Shown here piece by piece: positions 8,470-16,880 of a DNA stretch of 64,000 nucleotides. Position numbers and translations under genes: made by a program. The DNA lies in the IMG/VR virus record IMGVR_UViG_3300035661_000009, positions 96,016 to 160,015 of that record; one strand, written 5' to 3'. This stretch comes from a virus. Numbering within the stretch: the stretch's first letter is position 1; the number at the start of each line of letters is the position of its first letter. Below the pieces are notes generated by a model that made no database searches, was not told where the DNA came from, and worked only from the letters and a program-made list of their open reading frames with translations.

Positions 8470-8913
8470 TTACTCCGATACATGAACCATCGTGCCAACT
8501 TGGCTAAAATTGGGGATAGCGACAATTTGCTGATTGTAATCCTCAAAGGAGGCATTGCCGGTTATGGCTGTGATATTTAAATCCTCTAGCTTAAGAAAGG
8601 CGGCAAAAGCCCATGTCCTTAGTAATTTGCCTGATTCATAAAAGCAGCCAACTTGCTCATTTACATCATCGATGGCCCATACCATGCCCCCATTGTCTGT
8701 CATAAAGGGTGAGATCCCGAATGCTTTATCGTCGCCGCAGCCGAACTTAACCATTTCTGAATGGATAATATTCGTTAACGTCGCAGTATCTCCCCAGCTA
8801 CCTTTTCCACGAAGTAGCGCATTTTGAAGAATTTCAGGCAATAAATCTCCTAGCTTACGAGTATATAGCCATACTGCCCGAGCCCCATGCTTAACTACGA
8901 TATTTCCACGCAT
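8470..8913 (-). CDS. hypothetical phage protein
   Basis: 147 aa, TAATG-coupled to upstream ORF. Confidence 0.75.
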   Translation of the reverse strand: MRGNIVVKHGARAVWLYTRKLGDLLPEILQNALLRGKGSWGDTATLTNIIHSEMVKFGCGDDKAFGISPFMTDNGGMVWAIDDVNEQVGCFYESGKLLRTWAFAAFLKLEDLNITAITGNASFEDYNQQIVAIPNFSQVGTMVHVSE

Positions 8914-9218
8914 TAGTATTCATCCATTTCTGAGAGAAAGATTCCAGCCTCTACTTCATTTACTTCATTTACTTCATTTTCATCGATATAACCATCATTA
9001 TAACTGTCATGGATAAGGTCGAATAGATTATCCCACTGTTCGGGCGATAAGTCAACTTCTTCTAGTGATAGCCATTCATTGCCCGATCGTTCATAAACCT
9101 CAATAATCTCAGCTTCATCGTTGGCAATGTAAGCGTCTACTAGTAAATCCCTAGTATCTGCAAAGAACTCTACGCGTACATTAGCTAAATCATTTACATT
9201 AGGCAGTGCGGTAATCAT
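8913..9218 (-). CDS. small highly acidic hypothetical protein
   Basis: 101 aa, Asp/Glu-rich, overlapping start/stop with neighbours. Confidence 0.7.
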   Translation of the reverse strand: MITALPNVNDLANVRVEFFADTRDLLVDAYIANDEAEIIEVYERSGNEWLSLEEVDLSPEQWDNLFDLIHDSYNDGYIDENEVNEVNEVEAGIFLSEMDEY

Positions 9219-9907
9219 AGTTTGGCCAACCCTTCCAGTAGTTTAGTTAAATTCGCCTTACTTTCGTCTGAAGAGAGGTTAATCGGGACATCAACATAAC
9301 TAACCTCCGCTGATTTACTGTTAATACCCAACGCGACTTTAACTCCGTTAGGTAGTTCTAGCCCCATATTGAATCCGGGCTTTTCATTTACAATTTTAAC
9401 CGTAGTAAAATCCTTCAACGATTCCTTAATCCGGTTAAAGATTTCAAGCCTTGCTGGAGCTTCTTCGATCCGCTTCTTTCTAATGCTATCGACCATATCG
9501 GTATCGATACGTTGATCGAATAAAAGCTGATTTTTTACAGCAACTACTTCCGTAAGAGTCTTAACCAATTCACGTAAACGACTCTTATATCGTTCCTTAT
9601 CCCAGATAGAATCGGTTTCGACGATGATGTAGCTATGTTTATTTACGGCAGCTACCTTCTCACCTTCAAGGTTTACAGTAATACGAATACGACGGGCCTG
9701 AGAAGGATCTTGTACAACTCCCGAATTATTCCCACGACTGCCTGGAGATCGTTGGTTTTCAACGAAAATGTTAATAATGTTCTTCAACTCAGGATGGTCA
9801 ATAGTTAGCTTACCCTCACTATTGTTTGCTCCCGTAAGCATTACCTTAAATTCTGGGTATCTAATGCCGAAGTCAATTAAAGCCTGCGTCATTTCATTAA
9901 TAAGCAT
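9215..9907 (-). CDS. hypothetical protein
   Basis: 230 aa, first gene after promoter copy 2. Confidence 0.75.
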   Translation of the reverse strand: MLINEMTQALIDFGIRYPEFKVMLTGANNSEGKLTIDHPELKNIINIFVENQRSPGSRGNNSGVVQDPSQARRIRITVNLEGEKVAAVNKHSYIIVETDSIWDKERYKSRLRELVKTLTEVVAVKNQLLFDQRIDTDMVDSIRKKRIEEAPARLEIFNRIKESLKDFTTVKIVNEKPGFNMGLELPNGVKVALGINSKSAEVSYVDVPINLSSDESKANLTKLLEGLAKL

Positions 9908-9970
9908 TATGGTTTCCTGTTTAGTTTCTATTTACTGCGACAATTCCAAAGCCTTACCGCGTCCGACCGA

Positions 9971-10010
9971 CCTCTCAACCCTACCACGGTCGGTTTCCGG
10001 TTGCAAGGGC
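9971..10010 (-). promoter_or_regulatory. repeated early promoter, copy 2
   Basis: Identical to 4501-4540. Confidence 0.8.
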
Positions 10011-10018
10011 CGAGCGGA

Positions 10019-10246
10019 TCAAGCACTTGCCATAAATAAGTAATTCCAACGCTCCCCAGCTACTTCTTTATTTACTAGGAAATCGTATGGAAGTTGATCA
10101 GCAAAATGATTTAAGCATAGATCACATGTCTTGCTGCCATCAACAAAAGCCTCTTCTATGCGAGCTTGCTGACATAAATCGCAACAATGGGGTGGTTTAA
10201 CTACTTCTAATGCCGCTAATGCTTCAATTTTTTCGATTGTATTCAT
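10019..10246 (-). CDS. small Zn-ribbon-like protein
   Basis: CDLC...CDLC pairs. Confidence 0.6.
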   Translation of the reverse strand: MNTIEKIEALAALEVVKPPHCCDLCQQARIEEAFVDGSKTCDLCLNHFADQLPYDFLVNKEVAGERWNYLFMASA

Positions 10247-10257
10247 AATTTCCTAGG

Positions 10258-10653
10258 TTAGTCTAATCTTCCTGATTTCATCTCTTTGATTACGGCTCTT
10301 AATATCTCAAATCCTTCATCTGAAAGCGGAAAGTCATCTTTACGGAGTTTATTTATAATACGTTTCGCTCTCTTTTTAGCTGACCTACTCGGCCTCTTTG
10401 TATAATCAAACTTCTCATATTTCTCATACTGTCCGTATTTAGAGCGCCGACCACGCAGTATATCTATTTCTAGCTCAAGCTGCTTGTCGGTCATATTCTT
10501 ATACCTATCCCGAGTCTCCTTCATATCGGTAGGATTGATTGAGTTAGATGGGTTACTTGGACCCAGATCTCCGGGATCCTCATCTCCACCATATGGATCA
10601 AAATCCCTCCTAACTCCTGGTTTATTCAGGTTTTCATTTTTATATCGGCTCAT
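10258..10653 (-). CDS. hypothetical basic protein
   Basis: 131-aa ORF. Confidence 0.65.
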   Translation of the reverse strand: MSRYKNENLNKPGVRRDFDPYGGDEDPGDLGPSNPSNSINPTDMKETRDRYKNMTDKQLELEIDILRGRRSKYGQYEKYEKFDYTKRPSRSAKKRAKRIINKLRKDDFPLSDEGFEILRAVIKEMKSGRLD

Positions 10654-10945
10654 TTACTATCGTTTCTCCACTGCAAGTGGTTGATCTATAAACAGCAGTA
10701 AGTAGGTAGTTTATCCATTCTTTAAGCGGGACGCGGTTAAGACGGGCGGGAGAGGGCAGCCTATACTTCCTCCAAGCAATAACCTTTGGTCCAGCATGAA
10801 GTATTTCTACAATACTCATATCTCCTACGATATGGGCTGGCATACGCCAACAAGTATTTTCATTAATTGAAAAAAGATAGAACTTCTTTTTCGTTTTGTT
10901 GTAAAGGAACTTCTGACCTAAATATATCTCTTGTTTCCATGCCAT
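10640..10945 (-). CDS. hypothetical protein (tandem paralogue family)
   Basis: 101 aa; KFLYNKTK motif shared with neighbours. Confidence 0.6.
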   Translation of the reverse strand: MAWKQEIYLGQKFLYNKTKKKFYLFSINENTCWRMPAHIVGDMSIVEILHAGPKVIAWRKYRLPSPARLNRVPLKEWINYLLTAVYRSTTCSGETIVNEPI

Positions 10946-11242
10946 TTAATATCTCCACAGGCTAGACAGCGTAGAATTGCTGGAAACGGTGTTAACTGGC
11001 CGTTCAAACATACTTAGCGCGTATTTAAATAAAAAGTTTCTGTCTTTATTAAGCCCAGCATAGGTTCTATCGATATGCAAATCCCACCAGTCACGTGGCT
11101 TATTTGCACTTAGCAGCGAAGATAAATCAGTCGTAATTGGTGGCACTCTCCACACTCTACCATCTAGGGTCACTATAAAGGTTCTTTTTTGAGTCGTCTT
11201 ATAAAAAGTGTCGTTGCTGCCGCTAATATGTCTAATCCACAT
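10946..11242 (-). CDS. hypothetical protein (tandem paralogue family; start MWIRH)
   Basis: ATG at 11242 overlaps the upstream TAA. Confidence 0.6.
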   Translation of the reverse strand: MWIRHISGSNDTFYKTTQKRTFIVTLDGRVWRVPPITTDLSSLLSANKPRDWWDLHIDRTYAGLNKDRNFLFKYALSMFERPVNTVSSNSTLSSLWRY

Positions 11243-11595
11243 TAAGCATCTCCAAGGCAAGAGAGGGGTCGAGCTTGCGGTGATAAGGCGAATTTAAGTA
11301 ATTCTTTGCGAGTATAGATAGTGGGATTAGGATCAGGATTAGGATTGAGAGGTACGTCGCTCCCGTTCCAATCTAAAGCGGCCCATTGATTATAAAATTT
11401 ATCTAAATTTGGATTCACATCTTCGTGTTTAAATTCTAATATTCCTGGGAATCTAAAGTAATCTAAGTTTTTAATTGGAAATCTAAGTTTATAGATATAG
11501 GGTTCGGTCAACTTACGGAGATCTACAATTATAAGGTATTCTTTAGTTTTAGTTATTAAAAACTTGCTACCGCAGTATTTATAATTTATAAACAT
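11242..11595 (-). CDS. hypothetical protein (tandem paralogue family)
   Basis: 117 aa, MFI start, KFLITKTK. Confidence 0.6.
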   Translation of the reverse strand: MFINYKYCGSKFLITKTKEYLIIVDLRKLTEPYIYKLRFPIKNLDYFRFPGILEFKHEDVNPNLDKFYNQWAALDWNGSDVPLNPNPDPNPTIYTRKELLKFALSPQARPLSCLGDA

Positions 11596-11611
11596 ATTAG
11601 TTTTTATTCTT

Positions 11612-12034
11612 TTACTCCATCAATTCTTCGATTTCATAATTTGGGTAATGGTATTTAATGAGACTCTCGCCCTCAAGCGGAATAGACTTTAAATAACACT
11701 TATTCCCATCATCTACCCATTTGACACTATCTACGGCTTCCAAGTCGTTGGTATTGACACTTAGCTTATCAATACAATACGTAACCTTGCTAAACTCAAC
11801 AATAGCGACATGACTCCCAGCAAAGAAATCTTTCTTGCATCGGCCACATTGATACATGGCTGTGTTAAAATCACGACAAGTTACTAAACCATCGCAGTCT
11901 TTATGGTAAATATCCTCAAATGGGACCATAGCGAATTCTTCGTCGATATCCATTGGCCGCTTTGCGGTAATGTGAAATAACGTCGCTTGAGCTTTTGCCT
12001 TTTGAGCCGTTGGGCTCGTCGTTCTGGTGACCAT
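11612..12034 (-). CDS. hypothetical Zn-ribbon protein, probably leaderless
   Basis: HKDC...CGRC; ATG lies 6 nt after the TAGGGT -10 box. Confidence 0.65.
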   Translation of the reverse strand: MVTRTTSPTAQKAKAQATLFHITAKRPMDIDEEFAMVPFEDIYHKDCDGLVTCRDFNTAMYQCGRCKKDFFAGSHVAIVEFSKVTYCIDKLSVNTNDLEAVDSVKWVDDGNKCYLKSIPLEGESLIKYHYPNYEIEELME

Positions 12035-12038
12035 GCCG

Positions 12039-12070
12039 CAACCCTACCACGGTCGGTTTCCGGTTGCAAG
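12039..12070 (-). promoter_or_regulatory. repeated early promoter, copy 3 (leftward)
   Basis: 32 bp identical to copies 1 and 2. Confidence 0.8.
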
Positions 12071-12104
12071 AGGCGTTGGCGGTTTGGCGTGCGGGGTGGA
12101 GCGG

Positions 12105-12134
12105 TTGACGTGCAAGGTAACGGTGTGATAGGGT
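12105..12134 (+). promoter_or_regulatory. rightward early promoter of the divergent pair
   Basis: TTGACG-N18-TAGGGT at the strand switch. Confidence 0.75.
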
Positions 12135-12253
12135 CGGGCTGGCGGTTTTCAAGAAACCCGGAAGACAGTCATATTCAAGGGAAGCCCCGCGATAGTCTTA
12201 TACAAAAGTATTCGTAGGTTCCGCAGCACACAAATAACCCAAAACAGCAATCC

Positions 12254-12778
12254 ATGAGATTAGAAACCAGAGCACAAAGATATGCTAAGAAAGCCCGAGA
12301 CTCAAAGATTGTTAAACTACCTTTTGCATTCGCTGCCACAAATTTCACAAATGATGGTAACGTTGCTTTCCTAAGCCGAGCGTTGGCTTGCTTTGGTGGG
12401 CATACAATGCATATAATCGGACGTATGCCGTCTGAGCATGAATTGTCTCGCCTATCTGGCGGGCATAGCAGGTTAGTTAAATGGGTTAGTTATAAGAACC
12501 CGACCCACTTCCTATCTGATAATCAAGATAAAGAATTGGTCTGCGCTGAGCTAGACGACAGAAGCGTGCCATTAAATGAGGTTAAGTGGAATTATGTTCA
12601 TGAAACCATTGTAATTCTTGGCAATGAAATGGATGGTATCCCTGTAGAAATTATGGCCAAGAGTAAGTTGGTGGAATTGCCAATGAAATCAAAGGGGTGG
12701 TGCCTTAATACCAGTATGACCGGTAATATCATTGGTTATGATTATATGAATAAATATCTCAATGGGTCAATGACATGA
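12254..12778 (+). CDS. SpoU/TrmH/TrmL-type SPOUT RNA methyltransferase
   Basis: GNVAFLSRA, ILGNEMDGIP, ELPM...CLNTS SPOUT motifs. Confidence 0.85.
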   Translation: MRLETRAQRYAKKARDSKIVKLPFAFAATNFTNDGNVAFLSRALACFGGHTMHIIGRMPSEHELSRLSGGHSRLVKWVSYKNPTHFLSDNQDKELVCAELDDRSVPLNEVKWNYVHETIVILGNEMDGIPVEIMAKSKLVELPMKSKGWCLNTSMTGNIIGYDYMNKYLNGSMT

Positions 12779-13002
12779 TCCCGTTCTTCTGGGACAGTGT
12801 GCACAATAGATTGCAAATAAGTCGAGTCGCCAGTAATCCCACCAACCCATTTAAGTTCTTTACCAAAGCATATAGATCTAATATAAGGTCCGCTCAAGGG
12901 AACGAGACGGTTGGTATTGAGCGTTGGCATTATGCCCAAATAGACGGACATACCGCTTACTTTATAAATGATGTTAATTGGTCTGTTATAGATAAGGAAT
13001 AG
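12775..13002 (+). CDS. hypothetical protein
   Basis: 75 aa, ATGA-coupled. Confidence 0.5.
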   Translation: MIPFFWDSVHNRLQISRVASNPTNPFKFFTKAYRSNIRSAQGNETVGIERWHYAQIDGHTAYFINDVNWSVIDKE

Positions 13003-13010
13003 AGGCGTTT

Positions 13011-13241
13011 ATGTTTGTCGTACAAGGACAAGCCGCAGTTTTAGTTGGAAAGTATTGGTCGCCTAAAACGGGCGATTTCTATAGAACCGGAATGGCGTAC
13101 CCGGCTGATAAATTTGGCCTGTTAAGGGCTCGGTATGCTGTTATTAGACTTAACTCAGTTTTTCGCATCGAAGCCAAGTCTAAAAGTAAAATACCGGGCC
13201 ATCTTGCTCAAAAACGATTAAAATATGGAGAAGAATTGTGA
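13011..13241 (+). CDS. hypothetical protein
   Basis: 76 aa, GAGG RBS. Confidence 0.55.
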   Translation: MFVVQGQAAVLVGKYWSPKTGDFYRTGMAYPADKFGLLRARYAVIRLNSVFRIEAKSKSKIPGHLAQKRLKYGEEL

Positions 13242-13408
13242 GTATAACTGTTGAAGACGCGATCGATGGAGGAAGTAGGGTTATTTGGGGTTGCGCTTGG
13301 TTCTACGGAGCGTATAATATAGACCAGACCTTTTGGCAAGCCGCCATTCCGGCGTTAACTATCATTATTTTAGCGGCTTTGTGGATGAAAAAGGACATAG
13401 GTGAATAG

Positions 13409-13666
13409 ATGAGTTACTCTAGTTTTACTAAAAAAGAAAAAGCGGCTTTATATAGACTTGCAGTACAAATAGAACATGAAGGTGGATTGCAAGGGTTATT
13501 TAAAGGATGTGACAATTGGGCCCCTTATATGGATAGCTTGCCGTTTGAGTTCTCACAAGAGCTTTCTGAACTAATGAGCAAATTCGATAAGTTCGAGAAA
13601 AGAATTTACGAGGGCTATCTCTATGCTGAAGAATTTGATGAAGTAGAAGCGGGGCTAGATGATTAA
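13409..13666 (+). CDS. hypothetical protein
   Basis: 85 aa. Confidence 0.65.
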   Translation: MSYSSFTKKEKAALYRLAVQIEHEGGLQGLFKGCDNWAPYMDSLPFEFSQELSELMSKFDKFEKRIYEGYLYAEEFDEVEAGLDD

Positions 13667-13883
13667 AATCAATGACTGGATGGAATTATCTAAAAAAATG
13701 GGTGGTGTTAGGGCCCCGGCGGAATGTCAAGACACCGCTTTAATCGAAATAATCAACCAAGAATTAGCTGCTATGGAAGCTCGTATTATAGAAGTATTTA
13801 AAGCTAAACTTAAAGACCAAGAGCAACAGATAATGTATCAATTTGCCGCTATGAAGCAAGCAGCAAGAAATAAAAAGGGATAA
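13659..13883 (+). CDS. hypothetical protein
   Basis: 74 aa, overlapping start. Confidence 0.6.
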   Translation: MIKINDWMELSKKMGGVRAPAECQDTALIEIINQELAAMEARIIEVFKAKLKDQEQQIMYQFAAMKQAARNKKG

Positions 13884-13947
13884 ATGAGTAAAATATCAAA
13901 TCTTTCAATAGAATATCAACTTGAACATACTTACGTAGTCCCATCCA

Positions 13948-14196
13948 ATGATTCATTTTAAAGGCAGAGACAGGTTGATTATTAATACAGCCGGATCTAA
14001 AATGATGAAGCCGCATTCTTGCATAAATGGACATTGGGAATCTGGCTTTAATTTAGATCCAGAGGTAGCTGTATTGGGCTTTACCCATAGGTACAGTGAG
14101 GTTGGCCCAATTAATTATTATATTAGAGGTGTTTATATTAAGGGCCATTTATACGCAAGAAGCTCTATATTAAGAGGAACTTGGTATGTTCATTAG
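13948..14196 (+). CDS. small hypothetical protein (MIH-start)
   Basis: 82 aa. Confidence 0.5.
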   Translation: MIHFKGRDRLIINTAGSKMMKPHSCINGHWESGFNLDPEVAVLGFTHRYSEVGPINYYIRGVYIKGHLYARSSILRGTWYVH

Positions 14197-14416
14197 CTCA
14201 AAAACAAGCCGATGCCATATAATGAATAATTTTAGCGTTCATTTACAGCTTATTCAAAAATTTAGAGTTTATGGATACTTAGCCATTGGAAGAAATTTAT
14301 TGTTTTCTCAAACTAATCTATATACGCCATTAACGTTTTCTCGTTGTGAACTTAGAATAAATTATAGAACGAAAAGCAAAATACATAAAATGCCCGGAAT
14401 GACATTATCTTACTGA
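14186..14416 (+). CDS. small hypothetical protein (MFI-start)
   Basis: 76 aa, GAGG RBS. Confidence 0.5.
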   Translation: MFISSKTSRCHIMNNFSVHLQLIQKFRVYGYLAIGRNLLFSQTNLYTPLTFSRCELRINYRTKSKIHKMPGMTLSY

Positions 14417-14437
14417 TTGGGGCTGGTTGGGCTGGTG

Positions 14438-14466
14438 TTGACGGCACGAACCGGGTGTGATAGGGT
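14438..14466 (+). promoter_or_regulatory. sigma70-type early promoter
   Basis: TTGACG-N17-TAGGGT. Confidence 0.8.
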
Positions 14467-14571
14467 TGAGGTGGCGCGCGTGGCGCGGCGAAGAGATGGC
14501 GAACGGGAGTAAGGCAGTCAATCAAAGGGTGGTTTTGGACGTTTTATTATATTTGTAAATACGGGCAGTAA

Positions 14572-14640
14572 GGGCTAGGTGCTGGGGTACAAAGACGCTT
14601 TGCAAGCGACTTTCGATGGGTTCGATTCCCATATGGTCCA
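14572..14640 (+). tRNA. tRNA-Ala(TGC) with reduced D-arm
   Basis: G3:U70 pair, GACGC-TTTGCAA-GCGAC, ATGGG-TTCGATT-CCCAT, A73; 69 nt. Confidence 0.7.
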
Positions 14641-14641
14641 T

Positions 14642-14923
14642 ATGTTCATAAAAATAAAGCGAGCTTATCAAAACGAGACATATTTATATAAAGAATATAA
14701 AAATTTAGACGTTATTTTGTCGTGCCGCGTACCGTCGCGTGGGATCAACGGAACAAGAACAAAGACGATTACAATATATAAGCGGCCATACACGGGTGTT
14801 TTTAAAGACACCTCTATTGAAGTTTATAGATACGACGGATTTGTTAATTGTGGAAGCTTTACCATATCAGAGTACGGATTTGCGAAACAATTACTTCTGT
14901 TAGTTAAACAAACATTGAGATGA
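14642..14923 (+). CDS. hypothetical protein (MFI-start; start moved past tRNA-Ala)
   Basis: In-frame ATG immediately after the tRNA. Confidence 0.55.
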   Translation: MFIKIKRAYQNETYLYKEYKNLDVILSCRVPSRGINGTRTKTITIYKRPYTGVFKDTSIEVYRYDGFVNCGSFTISEYGFAKQLLLLVKQTLR

Positions 14924-14929
14924 GGGAAC

Positions 14930-15202
14930 ATGTTCATAAGACCTGAATTACACCAAAATAACTATGTCTATCTTTATAAAGTGTCTAAAAATAGCGAATT
15001 CTTACTGCGGCGTGACAAAGGCGGTCAAAGCAGTTGGTATCTCTATAAAAGAGACTTCATTCTAGCTCCACGAGGCAAAGACAATTTCCTTAATTATAGT
15101 TTAATAAAAAGAGGTCGTTTAGATCAGTGTGCAAATGACACAAAGATGTTCATGTCATATATAAACCTTATTGTCAAAGAAAATAGAACCCCGAGAATTT
15201 AA
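14930..15202 (+). CDS. hypothetical protein (MFI-start)
   Basis: 90 aa, GAGGG RBS; YLYK motif shared with the previous ORF. Confidence 0.55.
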   Translation: MFIRPELHQNNYVYLYKVSKNSEFLLRRDKGGQSSWYLYKRDFILAPRGKDNFLNYSLIKRGRLDQCANDTKMFMSYINLIVKENRTPRI

Positions 15203-15225
15203 TGTGAATAGTTTTACCGCATCGC

Positions 15226-15299
15226 TGCCCTATAACTCAACTGGCTAGAGTGTCACCCTTTGAAGGTGAAAGTTTACGGTTCGAATCCGTATGGGGCTA
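15226..15299 (+). tRNA. tRNA-Gln(TTG)
   Basis: ACTC/GAGT D-stem, TCACC-CTTTGAA-GGTGA, TACGG-TTCGAAT-CCGTA. Confidence 0.9.
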
Positions 15300-15330
15300 T
15301 TGACTGTATTAATATTATTAAACATAATCT

Positions 15331-15597
15331 ATGAAAACAAAGCTACTGTGTCTATTTTTAATGACAAGCTGTATAACCGCCAAAGAGTTAGGTCGGTGGC
15401 AAACTACCCCAAATGCCAATAAAAGGCATGAAGTCGGCGTTTGGCTTCAAAACTGTATAAACAACTGTAATACCTTATTTTGTCAGCACGAATGTCTAGA
15501 ATTGAGTCACGAATGGTGTCGTAACGAAAAGTTGGAAAGTGGTTGCGGTATTGATCAATTGTATGGTGTAAGAAACTGGCGTAGCTTTAATCAATAA
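15331..15597 (+). CDS. Cys-rich putative lipoprotein
   Basis: MKTKLLCLFLMTSC signal/lipobox; several Cys in the mature part. Confidence 0.6.
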   Translation: MKTKLLCLFLMTSCITAKELGRWQTTPNANKRHEVGVWLQNCINNCNTLFCQHECLELSHEWCRNEKLESGCGIDQLYGVRNWRSFNQ

Positions 15598-15631
15598 AGA
15601 AATAAAATAAAGAAATAAAGAAAGAAAACAA

Positions 15632-16363
15632 ATGAACTTCAAATTTCATGACAGTAAGGGCGACGTAAAGCGGTTTCTAGGCGTTGAAATGGAAGTTTCA
15701 CATATAGGCGACCGAAGTAAGGTAGCTAAGGTAGTTGAAAAATGGGGCGGCGAAGTAGGCTCAGATGGCAGTATTGATCCTGAAGATACCGACATTGGTA
15801 ATCGTTCTTGTGGAGATACTGCCGAAATTCGTACGGCCCCCGCCAGAGGAGAGTTGTTTGAACAGCAGATAAAAGAAATCTGTGAAGTATTGGTGGCTAC
15901 TGGCGGCAAAGTCAATGAATCATGTGGGTTACACGTTCATGTAGACGCCCGAGACTTCAACTCAGACGACATATTCAAGACCGTTCTTGTATGGGAGAAA
16001 TACGAATCGCAGATGTTCCAAAAAGTAGCTAAGCACCGTCGAGATAATGACTACTGTGAAGCCATTGGCGACACTTTTGCCAGTATTGTAAGAGGTGACG
16101 GGTTCCCTATGGTGAAGCTAGAAAAAATTAAAAATGAGTGGCAAGATCTAGATAAGCACTGTTCGCTTAATTTAATCAATCTTGAGCACCTCGGTACGAT
16201 TGAAAACCGTATGCATGAAGGTACGATAGATGCTGAGAAGATAATCGCTTGGGGTAAGCTAAACAGCAAACTCATCGACTTCTGCAAGAAGAGTGATCTA
16301 AAATCAGTAACTAATATGAAGGCGTTCTCGACTCGCAGTTTGGGAAGTTATCTACGGAAGTAA
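15632..16363 (+). CDS. putative amidoligase (COOH-NH2 ligase), paralogue of 3055-4275
   Basis: GVEMEV, SDGSI, EIRTAP, SCGLHVHVDARD, TIENRMHEGT. Confidence 0.85.
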   Translation: MNFKFHDSKGDVKRFLGVEMEVSHIGDRSKVAKVVEKWGGEVGSDGSIDPEDTDIGNRSCGDTAEIRTAPARGELFEQQIKEICEVLVATGGKVNESCGLHVHVDARDFNSDDIFKTVLVWEKYESQMFQKVAKHRRDNDYCEAIGDTFASIVRGDGFPMVKLEKIKNEWQDLDKHCSLNLINLEHLGTIENRMHEGTIDAEKIIAWGKLNSKLIDFCKKSDLKSVTNMKAFSTRSLGSYLRK

Positions 16364-16387
16364 GGAAAGTAAGGAAAGTAAGGGCGT

Positions 16388-16453
16388 TCTAGAGTGCTCA
16401 ATTGGTAGAGCAAAGGGTAATCCTTGTCGTCGGTTCGACTCCGATCTCTAGAA
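16388..16453 (+). ncRNA. tRNA-like RNA lacking a normal anticodon loop
   Basis: TCTAGAG/CTCTAGA acceptor, GCTC-AATTGGTA-GAGC D-arm, GTCGG-TTCGACT-CCGAT T-arm; anticodon arm only AAGGG-TAA-TCCTT. Confidence 0.7.
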
Positions 16454-16455
16454 TT

Positions 16456-16674
16456 ATGTTAATTCATCTTTCTAATAATCTTGAAGGAGCGCATAATTGC
16501 CTCTCGATAGGTGGGAGCAATAGATCAATAATAGCTAATTATTGGATGTTCAGAAGGGCGCTCTATGCAAAACCGTTACGGTATTTTCAAACAAAGATTA
16601 ATCCGTTTTTTTCTTCGGCAATAAAACGCAAAATGGCGATTTTTATTAAACGAGGCAACAAATATGGACAATAA
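16456..16674 (+). CDS. small basic hypothetical protein (MLIH-start)
   Basis: In-frame ATG just after the tRNA-like element. Confidence 0.45.
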   Translation: MLIHLSNNLEGAHNCLSIGGSNRSIIANYWMFRRALYAKPLRYFQTKINPFFSSAIKRKMAIFIKRGNKYGQ

Positions 16675-16880
16675 AATAATTACGATTTATCATCAGCCAA
16701 CAGCGGTAACACGTTATTTTCGAAGTAAAACAGAGGCTAACGGGTTTATAAAAGAGGCTTACTTAGCCGAGAAGGCTGATGGTTTACAGTGCTGTTGCAT
16801 TTTCGAAAATTCCAAGAAATAAAAGCAGAATATGAAATAAACGAAGAGTTTTTTCATTATAAGAATGGGAGTTTATAAGC

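Noticed and set aside
14579-14641. N-terminal extension of ORF 14579-14923
   Set aside because: Lies within tRNA-Ala; start moved to 14642. The same logic moves ORF 16402 to 16456
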